From: Dimargaris cristalligena
Taxonomy: Eukaryota
Direction of reading: 5' to 3'
Assembly (NCBI GenBank): GCA_003614675.1
Contig: ML002222.1
Location: 55,810-75,809, forward strand
Length of the DNA: 20,000 nt
The notes beneath the pieces are model-generated. The model was not told the DNA's origin. It saw only the letters and a program-made list of their open reading frames with translations, and ran no database searches. This document shows positions 1 to 10,595 of the stretch, one piece after another. How positions within the stretch are numbered: position 1 is the first letter of the stretch; each line of letters starts with the position of its first letter. The position numbers were made by a program, and so were the translations under genes.

Positions 1-886
1 GGAACGGTAAGTCTGGCTACAGTAGAATAGCACGGTGGTTAGTCTCGAGTCACTAAGTTCAGTTTAGATGAGTGATTACTATTATACACACACACACACA
101 CATATATATATATACAATACTGGTAAACCACTGACTCGGGCTTTCCAGACAGTTGAACCAACACCCCTCTTCCGAACTGCTTTATCAACCCTAATCAAGG
201 CACTCCATACCCCACTCGCTTCACACAATCCCTACTTACTAGATTCATCTCCGATCCGGACATTTGCTCCCGAATCCGGGAGTGCTTCACGGGTCTGTAC
301 CCCCTGGACTCCACCCCGGCCGGCCGGCAGGCTCTCCAGCAAGCCTTAGCCACGCCTGAACGGTTTGTATTGAAACCCCAGCGGGAGGGCGGGGGCAACA
401 ATGTCTACGGCCATGATATCCCTAGCTTCATTCAGACCCTGTCCCCGAAGGAACTTGGGGGATATATCCTTATGGATCTCATCTGCCCACCACCCACGAG
501 TAATATTCTCATCAATCAAGGCCAGCTGCACCACGGACCTGTAATTAGCGAACTTGGTATTTTCGGTGTCTGGTTGAGGTAAGACCACCGGCTTAGTTAG
601 CGATGACCAATAGCATCAATGATGTGGTGATGGTACCCCCGCAACTACAACAAGACCAGCTAAAAAAGGTGTACCTTGTGCTTCATGAATTAACCCAGTC
701 TTTATTATCTTATACATTATATCTAATTTGTCCCGGATACTTTGATTGCCCCTCCCCTCTAGTGACGCCAATACGGTCCATTTGAACGCGGAAGCGGGCC
801 ATCTATTACGTACCAAAGTGGCATCATCCAACGAAGGAGGAATTGCGGCCGGTTTTGGGGTTATCGACAGCCCCTTGCTAATTTAA
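1..886 (+). CDS. GSH2: Glutathione synthetase (eukaryotic ATP-grasp type), 3' part; join(<1..6,243..578,763..886)
   Basis: Spliced translation reads ERFISDPDICSRIRECFTGLYPLD...PERFVLKPQREGGGNNVYG...YILMDLI...VISELGIFGVWL-SDANTVHLNAEAGHLLRTKVASSNEGGIAAGFGVIDSPLLI*. It contains the KPQREGGGNN glycine loop, SELGIFG and the GHLLRTK..EGG.AAG C-terminal motifs. Introns 7..242 (GTAAGT..TAG) and 579..762 (GTAAGA..TAG) keep the frame. Confidence 0.96.
86..114. repeat. (CA)n(TA)n compound microsatellite in GSH2 intron
   Basis: Run of AC repeats followed directly by TA repeats, read from the sequence. Confidence 0.9.
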
Positions 887-1241
887 GGCAACATTAATTG
901 GTTTAATTCAGACGGGCTCTTTGGGACCGAGGCATTTGGAAGCGTACGGTTCCCCTCATTGTGCCACCCCGGCCACATTTGGTCAACCGGCCGTTAATGA
1001 ATTTTAATGGTTGAGTACTTTAGTATTCATTAATTACCGTGTTGCTCTGCTTATTTCGATCCCGACGCTCTACTATCCCAAGATGCATTGGGGTTTGGTC
1101 CATCTCATTCATGTGTACCTATTCGCCGCCAGACAAAAAGATGGGGACTTAACAGGAAATATTCCCACCCTCTTGTTCTGGTTTACCGATTCTACTTACA
1201 AGTCCAGTTGGTTTAGAACCACGGGGCGTTACTAGCTGGGG

Positions 1242-1255
1242 TATATATATATATA
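1242..1255. repeat. (TA)n microsatellite
   Basis: TA run read directly. Confidence 0.85.
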
Positions 1256-3756
1256 TTATTGTTTGGGAGGGGATGAAGATAACGATTCCACTATTGCATT
1301 TCTATCTGTGGAGATCGTTGGGAATAAGCACTCACCTATTACAATGCAAGTATTCGTACATAAATGATTTCATTACTGGGCTACCATGGCATCCAGTGTG
1401 TTTTGGATATTGGATGGAACTGCACTACGCTGGCTATTTAACGTATCCCATGGCTGGCTGGGTTAGCCAGTCGACTATTTTTGCCATGAAAATCGGAGGT
1501 ATTCAGCAACCGCGAGCCCTTCCGCTTACGCAATAGAGTAGCACTAATGCCGTGGTGCAACCGGGCCAAAATATCTCTCCCTTCGGGATACTGCCTGTAT
1601 TTTCGCAGGGCCTGTCCATCATGATTTCACGGGCTTTCGGTGGTGAGTGGTGTGCTTCCCTCTTGTTATTCTAACCTCCTCTTCCTCCCCCGCATTCACA
1701 CCCACTTGACTACCCCACCCATACTAATTCGGTTCTGCCTACGGCTCTGACTTGAATGACCCAGCAAGAGGATCTGGGTTCTTTCTCCCTATAATAGCAC
1801 CGCTACAGTGGCGTAGCAGCGCAAGCAGATGACCTAACCCAAGGACCAGGCATGGGTGGTGGCGGAGCTACTGAATGCTGTGGTATGGTAGGTAGACTTG
1901 GCTTAATCGGTAGGCGTACCTTGACCTACATTGGCATGTAAATTATAAATGAGAATACCGATATTATTATTATTATCATAATTGTTGTTGTTATTCTCGG
2001 GACCCTCCGGTGGTAATTGAAAAATAGGGAATATTTTAACTCTTACTAATGCTATCCCCAAAATCCGCCCGAATTCCGAATATGGATGAAATTGATGGAC
2101 ATAGTGATGGTAAGTAAGAATGTAACGCCTGCATAGCGTCGCACCACGCCTCCATCAGGGATTAGTAGTCAGACAACGGATCAACGAGCTAATTTCCGGA
2201 AGCCCGTAAGGTAAAAATGGGATTGAGTGGGTCTCGTGCTGTAATCCTAGAAATTGGGGAGGGGGTTGCCATCGGTCCTATCAGCCTTGGTGAAAGCGGC
2301 GAGACAGCTGATACCCAACGTGGGCCAGGGGCAGCCATGCCATTAGTGTGTAATAGGAGGATGAGGAGGAGGACTTTAGTTGGGGAGGGTGTGCCTGACT
2401 ATACCATAGGCAATGGAATAAATCAAAGTGGAGGCGAGGGGATATGGGTAATCTGCGTGGCGAGTTCCCCCAGCCAGGGAATGTGAGCCCCCCCCCTAGG
2501 TTTGGCCAGGAGATATAAGCGCCCCGTGCCGCGGAGGTGGCCATGGAGAGGGCGACTACAACATTCTGGAGAGAAAGGAGGGTTGGAAATAACAACCACT
2601 GTGACCTGTACCAGCAAAGACCGTCTGTCCCACCATAACCATCTTCGGCTAATTAGGCTTGCTTATAATGTACCTTTGGGGCTGGCGGAGCGGACTTCCC
2701 CTTCCTATGGGGCCGCACTATACCTATTTCCGGGGACCCCTTTATAAAAAGGGTGGGTTGAGACGGGTGATGCTATTGATTTACACTGCAGCTCCCCGCG
2801 TCTATTGCGGCCCCTTACTCTGTCTTAAACCGGTGGTTTATTATATACCCAACCCACCACCACACCCCATGGAATAGGCCGGGCCACTGAAACGTGTCCA
2901 TTTGTCCGCGCCCACCTTTGGGCCATTAATTCTATTCTATTAATCTTTGTATTAGCCTTTAGTAGTGGCCTCTTGGTGATGTGATATACCCTCCCATCCT
3001 TTCATATCGGCCACTACAACTAACCGCTCCCTTTCGCGCCCTGCTCTTTTTATTATTATTATTATTCGCCTTGACTCCCTACCATCTATTAATATTACAT
3101 AGTCCATCATTATTATTCCATTTTCATACCCAATTCCTTTATTTTTAGATATCCCTGAGGAGGTTCATTTGACCTGCGCACTGGCTTCACAGTGGCTGCC
3201 CCCTGGTGTTTCTCCATCCCCACTCCTTCAGTTCGGTCACAGGCAGGGTGGTTGATGCCTAGACGGAATATCTGCATTAGATAGTCAAGGGTGCCGGTGG
3301 GCGAGCCCGTTATTCAATCCAGCCATGTCCTGGTTTCTTTTACACTGATTATCTCTTCCTTTTAATATCTACCCCATTATCTTTTAGCCGACTATAGCGA
3401 TAGAGGACATCGTTAGCTCATAACCACCCCCCCCCCCGCTCTGCTCCAAAACCCCGCTCCCATAGATAGTCACCGTTTTGTGTCTTGTTATCGTATCGTT
3501 CGACTTATTTTAGGTTTAGCTATTTATTCTACCCTCGTTCTATCTCTCTCTATTTTTACCTATTCCTTCCGTGTTCACCTATTCTCCTTCCTTTCCCGCA
3601 CTTCACTGGGCTACTCTAGTATTGCTTTTGACGTCAGGACATACCTCGCCTGACCCCCGTCTCCTTTGTCACACACGGTGTCACCTGTGCAGTTATCGCG
3701 GCCATCGAACACCTTAAGCACGCCAGAGGCGAACTCTCCCATCTTGCTACTTGGCT

Positions 3757-3850
3757 ATGCGGTCGCGGGCTTCTTTACTACCATGGGTCCTCTGGACCCT
3801 GGTGATGTATACTACACACTCGGCCAGCGGGCTGCCCGCTTTCCACACTC
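3757..3850 (+). other. Probable first coding exon of the ATPase, encoding a signal peptide
   Basis: MRSRASLLPWVLWTLVMYTTHSASG-LPAFHT has a basic n-region, a hydrophobic core and an A-S-G cleavage-like site. Donor GTAAGT at 3851 is phase 1 and matches acceptor CCTTAG ending at 4456 (C|CT = Pro, then NQYDLDGNQCP). Confidence 0.75.
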
Positions 3851-6800
3851 GTAAGTTTGCTGATTGTTTTTTATTTGATCATATAGGGAGGGCTATTATT
3901 CACTACCGCCTGGTCCCTGGCTCAGTAATGATGGTACATCTTAGTAATCCTCTGTACCTTGGAGATTAAAAGTGAATATTTTGCCGTCCAAATGGCGGGG
4001 TGAAGAGTCGCAAGTATCACTCTTTGTGATCTTGTAATGGACTGGAACTCCCCTCCCAAAGGGTCGAGGCCAAGTATGCGGAGTTAGGCCGGCGATACTA
4101 TTTGTTGTGCTACGCCAATCGCTGGCTGAATCCCCCCTTCAACTAGACCATTGTGATATATATATATATATATATATATATCTCCAGGTTCCTCCTAAGG
4201 GGGGATGGTGGGCGTACACTATTCCTTACGGGCAACTAAGCTACATGTCATGATGGGTGGGTATGGCTCCTTTTTCGCACCTCCTCCGGTTGGACAAGAG
4301 AAAGAGGAGCTTGGCCGCTCCAATAACCGCCGTCATTTAACTAATTCCATTTAACCGCCAATGATTTTTTGGTGTATCTTCTTGTCCTACACTCACCCAC
4401 CCACAACGGCTTCCGCTTCCACCATGGGGCCCTCCTCGCCTCCTTTTCTACCTTAGCTAACCAGTATGATCTCGACGGTAATCAATGCCCACTGTACCCC
4501 AAGCGGGACGTCGTTTGTCCCCTCGTTTGCGTCACTGACCTATCGGAATGCCCCCGTTTACTTCAGCCCAACTGCCCCAACGGCAAGCAATTTTGCCTGG
4601 ACAGCACCTGTGCCGACCAATGCCCCAAAGACCTGCCGAACCCCTGCTTATGTGGCGAAACCAGCTACCGCGACAGTGGCGAAATGGTAATCCCCTGCCG
4701 GAAATCGCCCACCATTGACATCCCGCACTATAATATGCGCAACGGCACGGCCCAAACCCAAGGGGCGTGTCTCAAGGCCCTCAACACCACCTCCCGCATC
4801 TTAAATTATGGGGCTAAACCCACGGACCCCGTCTGGTTGGATTGCTCCCGCCGGGGATGGAACGAAGATGGTGATTCAGACGCCACCGAAACGACCCCCC
4901 CCGGGGTTTACCTACGTGGAGCCCATTTGGTTGGCGCTGTGGACCATGCTGGGGTTGGAGGCCATGGTGCTAACTGGGTGGACCCTGTACAAACAGTGGC
5001 GGGAAAAGGCGCAGCGTCGGGGCGTCGGGGTGGCGGTCGGGGGAACAACCGCGGACCCCCTGGCGAAGGAAACGGCCGATTCGGAGCTGAGTTCCGTGGA
5101 AGGGTTGGATCGGGAAAATTACAAACTCACCGCGTATCGAACCTCACTCTACGGCAATTTCGCCGCGTACTCGCTAGTCGCCATCAGCTTGAGTCTGGTC
5201 GTTTACATGTTCCTTATCATTGCCGATTATTACGGCGCTCTGTTAGGTAAGTATCGAAGGGCATATTCCCTAGGGTATTATTGCCTGGCTGGGTGGTTTT
5301 TGGGATATCAACTTTCCGGTGGTTTAATTTTTTTTTGATGAGCTCATCTAACCTTAATGTGAGCTAACCCTGCCCCTTCGTGTACTAATCTCCTCCCCCA
5401 TATGATTTTATCTGGCTCGAATTGTTCTCCCTTGGCATCGCTGGTAATGAACATTTAGGCGAAGCGTTTGCCCTAACCCACCAGACCTCGGCCTTGTCTT
5501 CGCAGCTATTTATCATATCTTGGTATCTGATGGTGGCTTGGTTCATTACGCTGAACATTACCCGCCACCGGTTGCGCAACTTCTTTCGTATCCAGACCCG
5601 TCCGGCAGAGGGCCATTTTATTCAAGTGGAGCAGCAATTAGCACCCCTAATCTTGCTGGATGACAACAGTGTGATTCTTCGACACATTCGTCGAATTGAG
5701 ACCTCCATCAAATCATTGGTTGGGTAAGCATCATCTTAAAGCTATACTTAATGTGATAATCATAGTATTGGTAAATACTGCCTTCAACTCGTATATACGG
5801 CTTGCCCCGTACTATTCAACCCCCTAATCAATCACGGTCTTTATTGAATTGAATAATGTCTGTTATTATTTTATTAGCTGGCACGTCCATGTCACAACCA
5901 CTCGAATCGAAAAGACCGCCCATGGAAGACGCTACTTCACCTACCAATGCACCCGCTATGTATACGACTCGGTGCACGGTCGGTTCGCTCCCTTCGGGTT
6001 CCAGGTGGGGACCACGGGCGCGGAGCTCCTCAAACAACAGTCGGGTATTCTTCAAGGGGAAGCCGACCGTAGGATTGAGCTACTCGGCTCGAATTTCATT
6101 ACGGTGGCGGTGCCCTCCTTGTTCAATGCCATCCTGCAGGAATTCACCGGGTTCTTTTACCTCTACCAACTCACCATTCTATTGCTCTTCTATTATTACG
6201 CCTATTACGAAATGTAAGTCGCTCTCCACAATCGCCTTCGCGTATCACCTGTAAATCCACGTATCCCCATGGATTACATTGTTGGATTTTTAATATTACC
6301 CGCACCCCAATATCCAGACTAACTGTATACTATCTTTTGTTTCGGATGGCCATTTTTATTTACGGTTGATATTCCCATATTTTTGCATCATTTTTAGCGG
6401 TTTGGTGGATACCGGTGTGGTACTGATCTCAGCCTTCGTCAAGGTTGCCATCCGCTTACAATCCGAAAAGCGCCTTAAATCCATGGCCGAACACGAAAGT
6501 ACCTGCCAAGTACTCCGGGACCAAACCTGGCGCACCACTACCACAGCCGACCTAGTTCCCGGGGACGTGTACCAAATCGACGTGGACCAGGTGGTTCCCG
6601 CCGACTCAGTTGTTCTCTCGGGTAATATTGTTGCCGACGAGAGTTCGTTGACGGGCGAGCCCCTACCGATCCGTAAATTCCCGGTTTCCCTGGATATGAC
6701 TGATTTTGACCTGCACACCACCGGCAAGACCAACGCCCTCTTCGCCGGCACGACCATCTCGCAGGCTCAGCTCGAACTCCACTCTAGTCGCTGTACTGCC

Positions 6801-9238
6801 TTGGTGTACCGCACGGGAACGGCCACCGACAAGGGCCAACTGGTTCGTAAGATTCTGTTCCCTAGCCCCGTATCGTTTGTATTTGACGAACAGCTCAAGA
6901 TCGTCATGATGATTCTCGCCCTCGAGGGCCTCTTCATGTTTGGACTTAGTCTCTGGCTCCAGCAGCAGAATATTAACGCATCTTGGTTCAACGGTATGTT
7001 CTGTTTGGCCCAAATCATCAGCCCCATTTTACCCGCGGCGCTGGTCGTGGGCCAGTCGGTGGCGTCCACCCGGCTGCGCAAACAGCAGATCTATTGCGTG
7101 GATCTGCCACGCATTATGGTGGCGGGCAAGACGCAGATTTTCTGTTTCGACAAAACGGGCACGCTGACCAAAGAGGGCCTCGATTTCTACGGGGTCCAGT
7201 GCGTCCGGCCCACGCTGGAGGGTATCGTGGACAGTGCCCCCCCGGTTTGATAACCGCACGGAAGATTTCCCCGGAGTGCCCCGCCTCATGCGCCTGGCGA
7301 TGGCGTCATGCCACGCCGTGACGGAACTCAATAACCGGCTCATTGGCAATCCCGTGGACATTGAAATGTTCCGGGCGACGGGGTGGGACCTCTGTCACCC
7401 GGACAACCCCGACTGCCTTGACATGGCCGTGACCGCCAACGAACGGCTCCTGGTGCTCCGGCGGTTCGAGTTTGTCCACGCCCGCATGTCCATGTCGGTC
7501 GCGGTGCTCGATACCTCCACCCACCACGTGCATATCTTCGTGAAGGGTTCGTTTGAGAAAGTGCGCGACATGTCGGACCCGGGAGGCCGACCCGCCGATT
7601 ATGACCGGGTGACCAGTCAGTTGGCCCGGGAGGGCTGCTACGTGCTGGCGGTGGCCCACCGGGATTTGGGGCCCGTCGACCCGGACTTAATCCGGACGTG
7701 GAGTCGCGAGGATTTTGAAAGTCACGTGGTGCTGCTAGGCCTTATTTTGTTCAAGAATAACCTTAAAACGGACACGGCCGACGCCATGGCGGAACTGAAA
7801 CAGGGGTCGACCCGTACCGTCATGATTACGGGGGACACGGCCCTAACGGGAGTGTACATTGCCCAGGCCTGTGGCATGACCCCGTCCGGGGACCGGATGT
7901 TGCTCGGCGACATCGAGATGGACAACCCCCCTCCTGATGGCCGCCCCTCCGACGAGGACGGCCCGGCGGAAACTGCTTATGAAGTGGTCTGGCGGGACGT
8001 GGACACCCACGAAGTAGTCGATGTGAATCGCGCGCTCCTCGCCAGTGTGACGATGGACTCCAATGCCTTGTCCAGTACCCTCGTGGGCAAGGCCGGTCCC
8101 CCGCAGGTCGGCCAGGGCCTCGAATTGGCCGTTACCGGCCGGGCCTTTAACGCTTTGGTCGAGCGCGACCTAATCCGGGAATATTTGCTGAATATCCGGG
8201 TGTTCGCCCGCATGACGCCACAGGACAAGGTTGCGTGTGTGCAACTCCACATGGAACGGGGTATCACGGCCATGTGCGGGGACGGCGGCAACGACTGCGG
8301 GGCGCTCCGGGTGGCCCACGTGGGCATTGCGCTGAGCGAAGCCGAAGCGTCCATCGTGTCACCGTTTAGCACCAGCGTACGGTCCATTTATTCGTGCGTG
8401 GAACTCCTGCGCCAGGGTCGGGCGGCACTCGCTACGTCGTTCGCGGGTTACAAGTACCTCATCCTCTACGGCCAGACCATGGCCATGCTCAAGGCCAACT
8501 TTTTTTACTTCCAAGGGTCCATCGCCCAATCCCTCTGGATTTTCGTCGATGCGTTCATTACCATGGGCATGACCGCCTGTTTGGCCCTCAGTAAAGCGGC
8601 CCCCCCGGTTAGCCCCCCAACGACCCACCGCCCGCCTGCTGGGCATCGAAACCCTGACTTCTACGGTGGGGATCGTTCTCATCAACTGGCTATTTTTGGT
8701 CGGTGGGTACCTATGGCTGTACCAACAAACCTGGTTCCGCTGCCACGAATTCGACGCCCGTGGTATTGATATTGCCAAATGGTGGCTGTTGGGCGACAAC
8801 TACGAAAGCGCCTATTTGGCCTTTTTGACCATGTTCCAGTTTATCAACAATGGGGCGATTTTCAATTTCGGCTACCAGTTCCGGCAAGCCTGGTGGCGTA
8901 ATTACAGTCTGGTGGCCGTGTGGGCCGCATTTATTGCTATGATGAGCTACGTCGAATTAGCCGACCCGAACCGGCTGGGCTGTCTATTCCGCTTGAATTG
9001 CGGTAATCCCAAGGTTTTGGAGGAACTGGGCTTCCCCCGCCCCACGTTCGATATCGAACCGTACAATATTGACCAGGGCCACAATGTGTTCCCTCGGTCG
9101 GCCCGGTTTTGGCTATGGAGTTACAGTATCGCCAATATGGCTGTTGGTTTACTATGGGAGAGGGCCGTGGTGTTGGGACCTCTCCGTACGTTATTGCGAC
9201 GACTGTACCCCCAGTCTCGCCTGCAATTGAAACTGTAA
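3757..9238 (+). CDS. P5-type (P5B-like, ATP13A/Ypk9-related) P-type ATPase with N-terminal signal peptide and Cys-rich domain; join(3757..3850,4457..5246,5459..5723,5878..6213,6398..9238), three +1 frameshifts at about 4900, 7240 and 8603
   Basis: Motifs seen: DESSLTGE, CFDKTGTLT (phospho-Asp), ASCH, KGSFE, MITGD, VFARMTPQDK, MCGDGGNDCGAL, GIALSEAEASIVSPF, GRAALATSF. All four introns are GT-AG (donors GTAAGT or GTAAGC) with compatible phases. Removing one C at each of the three C-runs gives a 4323-nt ORF (1440 aa). Exon 1 is my inference from a signal-peptide-like sequence and a phase-compatible donor. Confidence 0.9.
4156..4181. repeat. (AT)13 microsatellite in ATPase intron 1
   Basis: Perfect AT run followed by CTCCAG. 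Confidence 0.9.
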
Positions 9239-10013
9239 TCTTTTTTCTTTAATACATTTTTTTAAATATATTTATCGTATGTCTTGTCTAGTGGAATTAT
9301 ACCAGCTGGAATACTATAATTCCCGCTCTCGTTGTTATTGCTGTTGTTTCTTCTATACTATATTATAAAGCGACCTCCTTGCATATGCTTAATCTACACC
9401 AAACCCCGTGATCTGGATATGACTATAGTAAAGAGTAGGATGTTCATCATCCGTGTAACTCATCGTGTCTCCCGAGCGAAGGTCCCATGTTGAGCGTCTA
9501 ACTACAGTCAATTATGAAAGACCCTCCCTAAGAATCGGGCACCTGGGCTAAGCAAAATGTATTATCCGAGTTTCTAGTCCGTTAAGGTCCATCATATTAC
9601 AAGACACGGACATGAAACCGAAACCCGCCTAGGCCATTAAGGATAGTGTATATGTAGAACACTTCCACTCTCATAATTAATATCGCAACCCAACAATTAG
9701 CTTGTAAAAAAAACACGAAAATGTCTTCACCATAACATTTATTTGGCAATGTCTCAAAACAATGGACGACATATTGTTGAATAATATATATATATATTGC
9801 AGAGACGAGACCGTAGCAACCCAACTTCCGATAAGGGTTGCGCAGGTGAAGGGACACGCGAATAGAGCGGAAGAGGATTGCCCCCCCCCCGGGACTAGTC
9901 GATCGGATCGGAGGAAGGGATGTGTGTGGATGTGAGGGGAGGAGGGGGGACGAGGCAAGGGTGTGGGGTGGGAGATGTGAGGGGAGATCTGCCGAATATT
10001 AGACAATCGACGC

Positions 10014-10595
10014 TTAGACTTCCATCAGTTCACGGAGACGACGGACGGTCGACCGGACGGAGTTGGCAGCGGGGGTACTGTTGGGGGGTTGAAGTGGAAG
10101 GAGGAAAAGGAAGGATATAATATTATATTAGTTTCGGATGAGACAGTGGGGTGTTTTTCGATCCGATCCTGAAGTAATGAAGCTCGATCTAGTCGCCGTT
10201 GTACTCGGATTCAGAGGGCCTGATTCCGCGATCGGTCCCACGGATCTGGCCGTTTCGAGGTGCTACTAACTAGTGGCACTGAACCACCGACAGCGGAAGG
10301 GGAGATAGCCGAAACCGTTAGTGGCAAAAATAAGGACGAGAGAGTAAGGGAGGGCGAAGGGTAGGGTGGGGTATACTTACGCGAGGGTCCAGGCACCGCC
10401 GGCGACGGTCTTCTTGCAGCCACGGCACTTCCAGATCCCGACGGCGGAACGCTTGATGGCGTCCTTACCGCAGAAAGAGCACTGGTAACGGGCGTGCTGG
10501 GTCACTTCCATCTTCTTGATCTGCTTACGCAGGGAAGCACCATACCGCACACCGTATTTACCGGTGATACCGACTTTAGCAGTACGCTTGGCCAT
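10014..10595 (-). CDS. RPL43: 60S ribosomal protein eL43 (L37a/L43); complement(join(10014..10077,10381..10595)), 92 aa
   Basis: [92 protein letters not shown]. The C4 zinc finger is intact. The 303-nt intron runs GTAAGT..ACTAAT..CAG. Confidence 0.98.

Noticed and set aside
68-349. 93-aa ORF with a THTHTHIYIY stretch
   Set aside because: It is a translation of an intronic microsatellite running out of frame into the GSH2 exon.
1798-1880. Selenoprotein-like UGA read-through in the small plus-strand ORF
   Set aside because: No resemblance to a selenoprotein family and no SECIS-like structure recognised.
6356-8799. Overlapping antisense and alternative-frame ORFs inside the ATPase
   Set aside because: Same codon-bias shadow effect; only the spliced, frame-corrected + frame carries P-type motifs.
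4369-9238. Treating the ORF-track pieces as separate genes, or explaining the three frame breaks by tiny introns
   Set aside because: The pieces are colinear parts of one P5 ATPase. No suitable GT..AG pair spans the C-runs, and a single-base removal gives a continuous, plausible sequence.
10078-10380. Intronic snoRNA in RPL43
   Set aside because: No RUGAUGA box C and only short weak hairpins were found by eye. An Rfam/snoscan run would be needed to exclude an H/ACA RNA.
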